A program made the position numbers and the translations under genes. A stretch of 64,000 nt of DNA, from assembly GCA_951406725.2 (NCBI GenBank), contig OX597824.1, positions 93,062,001 through 93,126,000 of the forward strand. Direction: 5' to 3'. The notes under the pieces were generated by a model. That model ran no database searches, was not told the DNA's origin, and was given only the letters and a program-made list of their open reading frames with translations. Below are positions 41,351 to 55,139 of the stretch, piece after piece; the first letter of the stretch is position 1, and the number at the start of each line of letters is the position of its first letter. The DNA comes from Octopus vulgaris. Taxonomy: Eukaryota.

Positions 41351-41853
41351 TCGAGCGATTACTGTTTACATCTCATTCTGAGATTTAATAAAGACATCAT
41401 GGTCCATGGGAAATGTAGTTGTGGTTTATCTTCGTCTAAAGTTTCTCATCAACGCGATCACATTTCCTAGCTTACAATCGTATGAATGATGTTGTCATTT
41501 GGCAATAGATCTCAATTTTGTTTATCGTTTATTTTCGGTAAGATGGTGTTTATTGCCTGATTGATATTTATAATTTCATCATGATGTCATCTTCAATTCC
41601 ACCGGCCATTTCTTGGATGTACTTCTTCAACTCTAATGTCACATTTAATTTTTCGCTGTATGGGTTCCATGGACATTTCCGATGCTATCTGCTCTGTATA
41701 GTAGAAAACTTGATTCCGCCCATATATTTCGCTTGCACTCTCACCACATTTGTGAGAACGAGAAACTAAGATTAGCAACAATCTGAACCATGGAATAGGA
41801 ACCAAAAGACCGCCCCAGACGCATCTATTAAGTTCTGTGACTCTCGAATATCT

Positions 41854-41906
<53 letters not shown>

Positions 41907-42087
41907 TACCTAGTTTGTAAAGGTAGAAAATCCGGGTTGATGGGAAATGTTTTGTATAATATATATGAATAAATAAATGGAGTTAAACGCAGGTGTGTTT
42001 CAAATTCTTTTACTTCCGACATATGTTTCGAAGACAACATAGGTAATATCTCTCCATCTAGCTTTGACATCGGTGTACTACATATAT

Positions 42088-42189
<102 letters not shown>

Positions 42190-42575
42190 ATATTTATGTA
42201 TATATAAAAAGCCCGCCATTTACCGGATATATGATATATAAACTTCTCCATGTGCTTCGTTAGAAAGAGAAGTTGGCTGTTCGACTTCGACAGTGCTGGT
42301 AGTTTATTTATGATGTGTTCAGAATCAGTTCTACCGATGAGCATGGACGCAAATTTTTCTGCGGTGAGTGCGAAATCACAGGTGATATAGGACTAAATTC
42401 ATTTTTTAAATGTCTTGCTTTGAAAAACTGCATTGGGTATGATTAGTGAAATTTTTGGTAGAAACGATTTATGTCCCTCTTAGTGTGAGGCATTTATGTG
42501 TAATAATGCCCTCTATATAATATAATATATATATATATGTATGTATGTATGTATATACGTATATATGTATATATA

Positions 42576-42616
<41 letters not shown>

Positions 42617-43810
42617 TGTGTGTACACATATACATACATCTATACGTATGCATTTATATAGAATTATATATATACATATGTGCATGTATGTATGTACGTG
42701 TGTATATACGTACATGTGTATCTGTGTGAATATATGTTATCCAGCAGAATAACGTATTAGCCGTCACATCGATGTAAAATCGATTATGGAAGTTGGATAA
42801 CAACTATCTACCATGTATCCATTCGAAATAACAGAGGGACGTATTTCACCGGTTTCGATTGCTGCTGAAATGCTCTTCAGCATGCTAGATTATGTACATG
42901 ACTATCTTGAACGACATAAAGAAATTGCAACATTTTCAATAATCTTATCTCTTGAAGACAATTGAAAAGCCTTGACTCTTCAAGACTATTGAAAAGGTTG
43001 CAAGACGCATCGAAAATTTTAGGAAAATAAAAATAAGAAATAAGTGGAAATTTTACCGGTGAGTGTGTTACCTTATAAGGCACAAAAGGAAATGACTCTC
43101 CCCAGACACAACAGAATATGCTTCAACACACGAACTCATATTAAGAACCGTGCAAACCAAATCCCAAAAACGAAATATATATATATATATATATACTGCG
43201 TCATGTGATACACTATACGTAGCAAGTCTGTTGTCAACGCTGAATATCATTTGTAATTCTTGCATATATTATGGTTTGCTAAAAATTCCAATTTTTTTTT
43301 TTAAATAAACAACTTTGTACATCAATAATTCAATAATTTTTGTTGGCTGCAATGTATTGCACCTGCAAATCGGTTTTAATTATTTACAGGAGCCTTTGTT
43401 TACAGTGACCACGTAAGTAGGCATAAAGTTTTAAGTGGATTGTAGACAAGTATTAAAAGAAAATGAAGATAAGCGTTTAAATATTAATCCTTCACTACCG
43501 CTCATGTTTGTGTCAAGTTTATATTTCACATCGATAGTATATGCATAGAGATATATTTCAGTATATCAAACCATTTATAATCTGAGCTATATTTGTATTA
43601 TGGTAGACACACATGCTCAACCACACACATCCGTATACGTAGACATATACGCGAAGAAGTGCAACTCATTGCTTTACTTTGAGCTCACTTCACTTATAAT
43701 GTAGCTGTCGGCATTTTTTCCTGGTGTATGGCCTGTCTTGGGCAGATTTTAGGACTTTTGAAATCAATGCTTCTCTAAGGCATCTCGCAGTCTCCTCATA
43801 TACATATGTG

Positions 43811-43842
<32 letters not shown>

Positions 43843-44092
43843 ATATGAATAATATATAAATATATGTATATATACATACATATATACATACATACATACA
43901 TGCATACATACATGTATACATACATATATACATATATGCATACATGCATACATACATATATACATACATATATACATACATATATACATACATATATACA
44001 TACATACATATATACATACATACATACGTACGTACATACATATATACATACATACATATATACATACATACATATATATATATACATACATA

Positions 44093-44252
44093 CGTATCCA
44101 GGAGACCAGTACAGGTACATATGTAAATGGTGCAGAGCATTCGGTTCGATAATAATACGGGTGAAGAGTCTCATGCGGGTCTTGTATGCGGGTCATGCCT
44201 ATAGACACACACACGCACGCACGCACACGCACACACATAGACACACACACAT

Positions 44253-44343
<91 letters not shown>

Positions 44344-44533
44344 TATCCACGAGGACCAAGGTGACAAGGTAAGGGTATGTAAATGGTGCAGAGTATTCGG
44401 TTCGATAATAATACGGGTGAAGAGTCTCATGCGGGTCTTGTATGCGGGTCATGCCTATAGACACACACACGCACGCACGCACACGCACACACATACACAC
44501 ACACACATACACACACACACACATATATATATA
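44093..44533. repeat. Tandem duplication, period 256 bp
   Basis: ATGTAAATGGTGCAGAGYATTCGGTTCGATAATAATACGGG...CATGCCTATAGACACAC repeated almost exactly. Confidence 0.9.
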
Positions 44534-44538
44534 TGTGT

Positions 44539-44720
44539 GACGCGACACAAAAGAAAGAAAGGTAAAATATAAAGTAATATCTAATGAAAGAAAAGTAATA
44601 TATATATATATATATATAAAGTATATATATATATATATACATACACACATATGTATACACGTACGTGTTCTGTTATATGTATATCGTTTTCAATTAAGTA
44701 CATAGATGTATATATATATG

Positions 44721-44765
<45 letters not shown>

Positions 44766-44768
44766 TAC

Positions 44769-44851
<83 letters not shown>

Positions 44852-44887
44852 CAAACATATATATATATACATATATATATATATGTA

Positions 44888-44935
<48 letters not shown>

Positions 44936-45233
44936 ATCAGGAATGTATGTTTATACTTGAAATGTTAGCCGCATACATACAACCTCGCTTAATGAAGACG
45001 GGAATTTCTTTTCTCTCCTTGATTTGCTCGAAGACTCGAGGTTTACGTCTGAACACCTAATCAATTCATCACTTTTTCCTTTTAGTACAATACTCTCCTA
45101 CCTTCTGTTGTTTTTGCTTTGTTATTATCGTACAAAGACTAATGTATTTGTAGTCTCCGTCTTAATTGCTATATTCTTAACCATATGTTTTTGTTGTCAT
45201 TATGCTTTCCATCTCCAAGCCGCCATGAATTAG

Positions 45234-45275
<42 letters not shown>

Positions 45276-45280
45276 TTTAT

Positions 45281-45347
<67 letters not shown>

Positions 45348-45406
45348 CTTTTCTTTCATTATATATTACTTTATATTTTACCTTTCTTTCTCTTTTGTGT
45401 CGCGTC
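44539..45406. repeat. ~62-bp inverted repeat arms about 740 bp apart
   Basis: GACGCGACACAAAAGAAAGAAAGGTAAAATATAAAGTAATAT...GAAAGAAAAGTAATA (44539-44600) and its reverse complement at 45343-45406. Confidence 0.88.
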
Positions 45407-46109
45407 TCCGGCATATGAATTTCCGAAGAACTGTCTCCGACGTTTGTGGCTATCAGCAGTATAAATTTAACGCTAAGTATCTAAAATGTGTCCCGATGAC
45501 AGGGTATTTTCACATTTGTGCCCTCATCACTTGGGCTACATTTCTGCCCCATGGTCTATGCTCAGTTGTGTGATGAACAAACTGTGTAACGAAGTGTTTT
45601 CAGGTACAGTCTTCCCTGTGCGCAGTTTGTGAAGTGTCTTCTGCTACCGCCCAGTTGTCGACCAAAGATTTATGAGGAAAATAGGTAGACGGAAACTACC
45701 TGTAAAACCATCAGGTATATACATACAGCCAGATATGTAACATATTGCATAATTGTAAATAGGGCAAATTTTAGTCATTTTTCTGAGGACTGAAAAGAGC
45801 GATGAACAAACTTAATCGATTTTCGAACCTTTTTGTTTTCTCATACGGGTGTTCCAACTATTCTGAGAGTCTCCAGGGAAACAATCAGCATAAATGTTTA
45901 TTTAATCACTCTATGAATGAGTTCCTAATTTTCATGCCGAAACTGGGCTGGCCGGATCGGATCGATCTCAAGATTAATCAGCCAAAACTGCGAGGATGAT
46001 CCAGTTCTTGACTGAAGATTAGAGGCTTCAAATGACCCGTCCGTATTTTGTGTCGTCTATTTGAGTGTTTTGCGTTCTTGTCCCATTTTGTATTTTTATA
46101 TATATTTTT

Positions 46110-46163
<54 letters not shown>

Positions 46164-46379
46164 ATATATATATAGATAGAGAGAGAGAGAGAGAGACGTG
46201 AGAGTGAGAGGTTATGAGAGGTAATGGTGTGAATAAGAACCAAAGGTGTCAGGTAATGTTGAGTAAATGCTATGAACAGACAATAGTTAAGCTCCAGGTG
46301 CGGTGATTATGCGAATAAGGAGTCCAACGTAGGTCAGCATGTGTATATATAAAAAATATATATTTAACCGAAAAAATCG

Positions 46380-46716
<337 letters not shown>

Positions 46717-47290
46717 GTTCTATCCGTTTCCAGCTTGTATCTTACTGTTGCTTCCATTCTTGCCATTTATCATTCTCTCTTACATTACTTGTCATTGTGA
46801 ACGCAACACATTCTCTTCACTTCATTATTTGTGTTAGGACTAGATCTGATTACCTTAATCTTTTGTTTTCCATTTCCTTTTCTTTTTTCTTTTTTCTTGT
46901 ATTTTATTCTTTACATTCTGGCTTTGACTTATTTTCCTCTGTTCAATTTCTATAACAAAAATTAATGCTTATTTTTCTCGCTCTACCACTCTCCACTTGT
47001 CGCCAAGTGTTACTCATTCACATTTCGTTAATATCGCACTTTCTTTGTCCGTTAGGATTAGTTACATGTTTGTGTGTCTATTTACACACACACACACACA
47101 CGCACACACACACACACACATACACACACACACATATGTAGACAACAGGTGAGATCTACAGATGATTATTATACAAAACACGTAGTAGTGCTAAAATGAT
47201 TTGAACTTAAAATCCGAGATGTTTATTGGGGACCAGGCCCTCCAGGTAGAGAGTAGCTCATACTTTTTCTCTCCCTCTTTCCTCTCTCTA

Positions 47291-50200
47291 TGATTGATTG
47301 ATTGATTGATTGATTCTAGTTTCAGCTTATGAGCTGTGGCCATGCTGGGGCACCGCCATTTGGTGTTGCTACTTGGTTTCACTTCATGGAGGCTTTCTAG
47401 CAACTGCTATTTGGTGCATGAGAGAGTTCGATGCAGCTGCCCTCATCTGCCCCTCCTGCCGTGAAGTTGGTTCATCTGGGACACCTGACAGGAAGAGATC
47501 CAGCTTCATTTTAAAGACATTTGTATCCACCCCATGCAGGTCTCTCAGGTTCTTCGGGAGGATATTGAAGAGCTGTGGGCCTCGGAAGCCCAGGCTATCA
47601 CAGAATCTTGTCCTACATCTTGATGGCATGTTTGGAGTCCTAGGCACCACGCAGTGGCGCCCAGTTCTGGCATTTGCGTAACTCTCGATGCCAAAGTTCA
47701 GGACACTTCCCTCCAGGATCTTCCAGATGTATATTATGGCATATCTTTCCCGCCTACGCTCCAGGGAATATAATTTTAATCTCTTGAGTCTTTCCCAGTA
47801 GCTTACATTCTGCATAGAGGCTATCTTCTTTGTGTAGCTTCGTTGGATCGCCTCAAGTTCTGTGATCAACTTGACACTGGATGGTGACCATAGCTGAGAG
47901 CAATAGTCAAAGTGGCTTAGGACAAGTGTCTTCCAGAGGACCATCATGGTTTCTTGTTCTCTTGTTCTAAAGGTTCTAAGAATCCATCCAGCCAGCCGTC
48001 TACATTTCATTGTCAGTTTAGCAACATGTACATGAAAGGTCGCGTCATCACTCATGTGAATACCAAGGTCACGCACTGATTGTGCCTCTGGGATTGCAAT
48101 CCCTCCGGGTCCAGTGTATTCATTGGGTATTGCATTCAGTTTTGCATGCTGATAGTATAAAGCTTGAAACTTTCCAGCATTGAACTGCATGCTATTCTTT
48201 TCAGCCCACTTGTATATTTCGTCCAGCTCACATTGCAGGTGTTTAGTGTCCTCAGGGTTCTGTATTGCCTGTGAGACTTTTGTATCATCTGCATAACTTG
48301 TGATCGTGGCTCTCTGCGTGGCTGAGGGCATGTCTGAGAGGGCCATTATGAACAGTAGTGGTCCCAGAACAGTGCCCTGCGGAACACCGCTCACTATTTG
48401 TGTGTTAATGGAGGTGGCCCCATTGGCTACTACCACCTGACTTCTATCCTTCAGAAAGTCATGAAGCCATTCTCCCAGTTTTCCAACTATGTTGAGATCA
48501 CGCAGTTTGTGACATATCATTCCATGATCGACTTTATCAAAGGCCTTTGCAAAGTCGAGATATATCACTTCCACATTTGAGTGGTTGAGCAGCCGTTTCA
48601 GCACCCAGTCATAGTGTTGTAGGAGCTGAGTTAAACAGCTTCTCCCTGGTCGGAAACCATGTTGGGTGTCGGGCAGCAGGTCATTCTCTTCAAGGAAGGT
48701 GATCAGCTTCCTTCTGACTATTCGTTCCATGACCTTGCTGATGTGTGAGGTCAGAGAGATAGGTCTATAGTTCTTGGCTTCCGCTCTGCTACCTCCTTTA
48801 TGAATGGGGCATATTTTACCTTCCTTCAGTTTTCCTGGAAGTTTGCCAGCTGCAAGGAAGCTCTGAAAGAGGAACTGCAGTGGTCTTGCTAGGACTCTCT
48901 TACATGCTTTTAGGAGGATTGCCGGGAATCCATCGGGGCCAGTAGCTGAGTCTGTTTTCATTTCATCTATAGCCTTGGTTACATCGTCTTCCTTTATATC
49001 GATGTAATCTATCGTCGCCGCCTCTGATTTTATATCTGCAGTGGTAAAAAAGTCAGTTGGATTGGTGATTTGGAGATGCCCAAGGGGTGGAGTGAAAACA
49101 CTCTTGAATTGCTCATTCAGTATTTCACTTACCCTCATTGGTTTTCCTGTAAGTGTGCCATCCTTTTCAAGGAGTGGCCCTATTCTACAGTGCACTGTAG
49201 CTGTTTCTTTGGCATACCTGTAGAAAGCTCTGGGGTTAGATTTTATGTTTTCTATAGCCCAGGCTTCTTTGTCTGCTCTTTCTTTTTCATGGGAGAGTTG
49301 CAGACATTTTTCGATTTCCAACAGTTTTATTTTTAGGCGGGACTTTTCACTGCTTTCAATCTGTTTGTTTAGGCGATTTGAAAATTTCGTACGCCGTCTC
49401 ATTAAAATTTTCCTCTCTCTGGGGATTTTGTTCTTGTGTACAGTGGCCTTTCTCTCTGGGACACATTTGTAGCATATGGCTTGCATTACAGACATGAATT
49501 GTTGAAGTTTCACATCGATGTCTGGCGAGGAGAGACATTCAGGCCAGTTTTGTTTGAGGATCTCTTTCTCAATTTGTTTCCAGTTTGCCTTATGGTAGTT
49601 CAAGCTGGAAAGATTTTGAGGGTTTCTTGTAGGCTGCATGTCCGTGCTCTCTTTTGGCCCGTACATGGTCAGCTCTATCATGTTGTGATCCGAGAGTAGT
49701 GTCGGTGTCACTTTCACATTATGGATGAGATCCATGTCATTTGTGAAGCAGAGATCCAGTGTGTTACCTGCCCTGGTTGGTTGGAGTATTACCTGCTCCA
49801 TGTACAGGGTGTTGATGAGGTTCAGGAGGGACCTCGCCTGTCCTCGTTCACATCTTGTCATTCCTGGGAGAGAAAGGCCCTCGGGCCATCTGACATTGGG
49901 CAGATTGAAGTCTCCCATAAGAAGCACACCTATGTGTTGTTCTAATGTGGTTAGAATTTCTTCTATTTTTATAAGGCAGTCTTCGAACTTGCCCACATGG
50001 CTTGGGGCATCTGGAGGGCGATATGTAGCACACACAACTACATCAAGTTGCCTAATATGTACAATTAGTGTGTCACACACCGAGTTTGAGTATGACAAGA
50101 GGACCTGGGGTGTGAGGTCCTCACGGATGTACATAGCAACACCTCCATGACTCCTTTCTTTCCTGTCGGTCCGTAGTACAGCATACTGTGGTATGTGTAA

Positions 50201-50299
50201 CTCCGCATCTGCTATGTCCGGTTTCAGGTGCGTTTCTGTAAGTGCTATGCATAAGGCTTGATTGCATGCAACAAAGTCTCTCAGGAACGGGATCTTTGT
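47291..50299 (-). mobile_element. Young 5'-truncated LINE copy with short 3' UTR stem-loop and (AATC)n tail
   Basis: After the ORF stop the minus strand reads GGCGGTGCCCCAGCATGGCCA-CAGCT-CATA-AGCTG-AAACTAG followed by AATC repeats. No clear TSD seen. Confidence 0.9.
47384..50299 (-). CDS. LINE ORF2 (APE endonuclease + reverse transcriptase), CR1/L2-group; uninterrupted but 5'-truncated inside the endonuclease domain
   Basis: 916-aa ORF with APE motifs (GDFNLP, PTRAGNTLDL, LSDH) and RT motifs (YRPISLTS, QHGFRPGRS, YLDFAKAFDKVDH, GVPQGTVLGPLLF, YADD), plus a CR1-type C-terminus (LYSLERRRER). Manual translation extends the frame 55 codons upstream of the annotated Met (TKIPFLRDF...ALTETHL...RTDRKERSHGGVAMY) to 50299, where (TA)n flank begins. 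Confidence 0.93.
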   Translation of the reverse strand, partial: TKIPFLRDFVACNQALCIALTETHLKPDIADAELHIPQYAVLRTDRKERSHGGVAMYIREDLTPQVLLSYSNSVCDTLIVHIRQLDVVVCATYRPPDAPSHVGKFEDCLIKIEEILTTLEQHIGVLLMGDFNLPNVRWPEGLSLPGMTRCERGQARSLLNLINTLYMEQVILQPTRAGNTLDLCFTNDMDLIHNVKVTPTLLSDHNMIELTMYGPKESTDMQPTRNPQNLSSLNYHKANWKQIEKEILKQNWPECLSSPDIDVKLQQFMSVMQAICYKCVPERKATVHKNKIPRERKILMRRRTKFSNRLNKQIESSEKSRLKIKLLEIEKCLQLSHEKERADKEAWAIENIKSNPRAFYRYAKETATVHCRIGPLLEKDGTLTGKPMRVSEILNEQFKSVFTPPLGHLQITNPTDFFTTADIKSEAATIDYIDIKEDDVTKAIDEMKTDSATGPDGFPAILLKACKRVLARPLQFLFQSFLAAGKLPGKLKEGKICPIHKGGSRAEAKNYRPISLTSHISKVMERIVRRKLITFLEENDLLPDTQHGFRPGRSCLTQLLQHYDWVLKRLLNHSNVEVIYLDFAKAFDKVDHGMICHKLRDLNIVGKLGEWLHDFLKDRSQVVVANGATSINTQIVSGVPQGTVLGPLLFIMALSDMPSATQRATITSYADDTKVSQAIQNPEDTKHLQCELDEIYKWAEKNSMQFNAGKFQALYYQHAKLNAIPNEYTGPGGIAIPEAQSVRDLGIHMSDDATFHVHVAKLTMKCRRLAGWILRTFRTREQETMMVLWKTLVLSHFDYCSQLWSPSSVKLITELEAIQRSYTKKIASMQNVSYWERLKRLKLYSLERRRERYAIIYIWKILEGSVLNFGIESYANARTGRHCVVPRTPNMPSRCRTRFCDSLGFRGPQLFNILPKNLRDLHGVDTNVFKMKLDLFLSGVPDEPTSRQEGQMRAAASNSLMHQIAVARKPP

Positions 50300-50326
50300 C
50301 TATATATGTAATTATATATATATATG

Positions 50327-50390
<64 letters not shown>

Positions 50391-50530
50391 GGTCCCGGGT
50401 TGATTCGGGGTTAACCACAGTAAATAAGGTACTCAATACATAGCAGAGTAAAATTAATTTATTATATAGAAGGAGCTTCTACAGGACTAGAACTGTTTCA
50501 TTCAAGAGAAATCTTCAGGAATGTATTTAT

Positions 50531-50939
50531 ATGACATCGTCGACTTACGACCTAACTGACTTTCGATCGATCGACTTTACGACGATTGGCGCGCCACCTC
50601 CCGACAGCAATAATAAACGGTCCAGGTGACATCTAATGGGTTTAATTCCTTAGAAATTAACCCATCTACAGATGATGTCAGTTAACAAACGCTTACTCCT
50701 AGGGTTCGTTATCGATCGTCACAGTATTGGATGACTCGTATTTGTTTATAAGACGACTAGTTGAGACTCCGAACTTTCTGACAAACGCCAGTATAATAGT
50801 ATAATACAGAATGTTGTGCGTGACCTTTCCCTGGGAATGTACCTTAAGAATGTAAAAATATGAAAAAAAGGCATAGGCCAAAAGAAGGTATAGACCAGTC
50901 AGTCACATCCAAATGTGGTCGTAAGTCGACGATGACCTG
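50531..50939. mobile_element. pogo/Tigger-like MITE
   Basis: Perfect 18-bp inverted repeat CATCGTCGACTTACGACC (50535-50552 / 50917-50934); right end ...ACCTG|TA. Confidence 0.75.
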
Positions 50940-50943
50940 TATA

Positions 50944-50996
<53 letters not shown>

Positions 50997-52770
50997 AGAA
51001 TTCACAAATAAACAAAAGACGAAGACAGGTGGTTTAGACAACAAACAGATGTATTAGTATAACTTTCGGGAAGTAAAAACGTCTTTAACGTTTCGATGCT
51101 CTTCCACAGACAGGAGAGAGGCAAGGTAACAGGTGTGGGTTAGAGAAAACAGGGTCAGAACAACCAGAGCAGGAAGAAACGACAATAGATAAAAGCGGAA
51201 ATTACGAAAAAGTTTAGGAAGTATAAAAAAGTTACGAAAATTTCAAAGGATTCAAACGACGTAATATATATATATATACATATGAGGTATACTTGCCACT
51301 TCAACCTGGCTAACCACTAAGGGTGGGTGTTACTGTAGCTTGTAGCCCCAGGAGAACATCGTCTCCAGCAGGCTTTATACACTCTTTCTGTGCCCTTATG
51401 GTATTTGCAAAGGGAGGTCATCCTTTCCTCATCAACCTAAGTGATACGCACGGACTAGGTATTGACCTGTCTTCAGCGTACGACAATCACCGGTTTTCGA
51501 TGAAAGGAGTCCCAATGCAAATATTTATATCGTTTTTCCAGTAACTTTTCGTCACTGATTTCGAAAAACTGTATGCAAGCAATAATAAAACTCTGAACGA
51601 GGTATAAATAGTAACTGCATTTGATTAACTGATTAATTACTAAGATGAGAGAAAAAGTAAATGGTGACGTATGTTAAATTACTTATGCACATATATAAAC
51701 CCTGATTTATGTAACTAAGTTATGTAGTTATAATTTGTAGTAGTATAATGAGTATAAATTAGCCGGAGATTATGTAGTGTAGGTAGGTACATAACTATAA
51801 TAATATTAAACCAATGTGTTTATAAAATAAATAAGTAAATTTATGAATATAGATTAATTTTATCGAAAATTAGTATATTTTATATATTTACGTATTTTAG
51901 TTTTAAATTATTGAGAATTTAGAATTTTTCCACTATATGATATATTGCATCTACTTTATTTGTTAATTTCACAGCTATAAGAATATTTATATTTATTTAT
52001 TCTATAATTATTATTTATGTCATGTTTTCATGTGATAAAATTCTTAGCAACGCTAGGTTCTGAGTTTAACCTTTAACATTTCAGTTAACTGGTATTCTTC
52101 AATATGATAAGTTGTGAACTAATTTTTCATTAATATCGTTATAATTTATTCGATTTTTTTATTGTTACGATACGTACACTTCTATATTTATTTATTTGCT
52201 AATTATCATATGTTAAGATACATACATTTAACTAATTGTTCTAGACCTAAAGAGTGGCTATACTTTAAATTGAATTAATTTTAATAGTATCGATTTCATT
52301 GTTATCGATTTAAAGACCTAGTCACGAAACGTGCATAGTCAATTTAATGTTTATTTAATTTAGTGGTTTTTAGAATAATATTTATAATATATCTAATATA
52401 TTTTCTATATGATTTAATATAGATATTTTTCACTATCAATTGAATTACTTAATAGAGGTCATTTCTCTTAATTACGTATATATATATGCATACATGTAAT
52501 TTGGGGAAATAGTGGATATATATCAATTACTGTGCTGAGGCGTTGAGTAAAGATCTACCACGGTTTGGGTTACCTGGTGTCATCTGCAATTGGGTTATAT
52601 TTCCGTTGGATTTAGTACAGCAATTTCGCAGTGTTAGTTGAGATAATAATCGATTAGATAAAAGAAGAACGATTTCTTATTAGTCTTTATTGAAACAGCT
52701 GTAAGCTATCATCTTTCAATACTGATGATCAACTTGTAATTGTTACTTGTTGCTTCATTTCTTCTCTCCG

Positions 52771-52836
52771 CTATAGCCTCGGGCCGAACAACTCCTTCTG
52801 AGTGGATTTGGTTGACAGAAATGAAAGAGGCCTGCC

Positions 52837-52893
<57 letters not shown>

Positions 52894-53248
52894 TCAGCAA
52901 CAATTTAGATTCAAATGAATATGGTACTTAATTTAGATGCACCAGAATTTTGTATGGTGTTACCCATTAAAATTTGCGGGGTGATTATAATAAAAAATAA
53001 ACAACAAGAATGACTCCGGTGATTTGGTACAATTGTTTCGTACTACAACATTTTATTAAAAGCTGTAAGTATTACAGCAGATTTAAGATGCTCAGTACTC
53101 TTCAGCCAATTTATATAGGTTTTCCAATAATATAAAAGTTTTCAAATCAAGTAGTAACAATTTAGGGAAGGTAAATAAGGATGTAGATATAAATTTTAGG
53201 AACATATGAGGTTGTGAAGTTCAGTTGCTAACTGACCAAAACTCTGGT

Positions 53249-53331
<83 letters not shown>

Positions 53332-53345
53332 CATACATACATATT

Positions 53346-53376
<31 letters not shown>

Positions 53377-53587
53377 GTATGTATATATTTGTGTGTCTGT
53401 GTTTGTCGCTCCTCCATCGCTTGACAACCGATGTTGGTGTTTTTACGTCCCCGTATGGTTAACTGTACGACAAAGAAGAACGATAGAATAATAAATTAGG
53501 TCTAACAGAGAAGAAGTCCTTGGGTCAATTTCTTCGACTAAATGTGGTGCTCCAGCATTACTAAAAGAGTACATGACTAAAAGAATA
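52771..53587 (+). mobile_element. SINE family C pieces (5' part 52771-52838, 3' part about 53380-53587) separated by repeats and an unrelated insert
   Basis: CTATAGCCTCGGGCCGA...GAGTGGATTTGG and CGCTTGACAACCGATGTTGGTG...GGTGCTCCAGCAT. Confidence 0.65.
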
Positions 53588-53816
53588 AATATATATTATT
53601 AATACATTTTCTTGGCTCCGGTCATTCTTATATTCTGGAAACGGGTACCAAACTTGAAATCTATTGTGCTGTTACCATAAAACAATGGAAATTAGTCTTT
53701 TCTTGAAACTTCTATATTAGTGTATATTCTGTTCTTCTAATTTTCAACAATTGTCTAAAGATCAATAACATGAAAGGTCCTATGAACGTCTTTGAAGATT
53801 CACGCTCGATTAACTC

Positions 53817-53895
<79 letters not shown>

Positions 53896-54152
53896 TAGAA
53901 AGATACATATACCTCTCTATATATATACACATATATATGTATATATATATATATATGTTCTTAGGTATGTGTATCTATCTATCTATATCTATCTATCTAT
54001 CTATATATATGTATACATAAATGTATATGTATATATGCATGTATATGTATGTGTATATATCTGTATGTATGTTAGTTTACACATATATGTCCATGTACGT
54101 TTAAATATATGTGTGTAGAGATAAACAGATAGACATATAGATAGATAGATAA

Positions 54153-54207
<55 letters not shown>

Positions 54208-54752
54208 TTAGATAGACACATTCAACTATACATACACACATATGCATATATATATGCGTATACTTATAGTGAAAGAAAGCATGAGAGGGAGAGAGTGGTA
54301 TATACATGATGTTAAATTGGCAGATAGATAGATACATAATGACTAAATCAAGAGAGCTGTATCAGATCGAAACTTGATTATAATGTTGCATTGTGGAATA
54401 GAATTGTTAGGAACGATTCCAGCTTATTTCTTATACCAGAAAATGGGAAAGAACGACCGGAAAATGATGGAAGAAGAATAGAGTATGAATGGGAAGAATG
54501 TAAATAAAAGCGAAATCCAGGTGTTTAATGATATGAGCGACATTTTGACGCATTCGTAGCTATAGTTGCATATAGGTTTATAGGAATATATAGATACACA
54601 CACACACAACCACACACACACACACATATTTATGTATGGATGTATATGATTGTGTGTGTGCAGTATGTATGTATATAATTGTGTGTGTGCATAGTGTGTG
54701 CATATATATATATATGCCTTTAGGTATATATATTTATATATATACATATATA

Positions 54753-54787
<35 letters not shown>

Positions 54788-54938
54788 ATGTATATATATA
54801 TATATATATACATAGTATATATACATGTGTATATATATATGTATGCATGTATGTATGTATATGTGCATGTAGGAATGTATGCATTTATGAATATGTATAT
54901 ATATATATATATATATAGATATATATATACATATATAT

Positions 54939-54999
<61 letters not shown>

Positions 55000-55041
55000 C
55001 ATATAGAGTGATAGATAGTTAGATAGTTAAATAGTTAGATG

Positions 55042-55093
<52 letters not shown>

Positions 55094-55100
55094 TACATAC

Positions 55101-55139
<39 letters not shown>

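Noticed and set aside
47310-50150. Antisense and alternative-frame ORFs over the LINE
   Set aside because: Shadow ORFs of the RT coding sequence.
47281-50310. Target-site duplication around the LINE
   Set aside because: Only a few shared bases (TCTAT) in low-complexity flanks, not distinguishable from chance.
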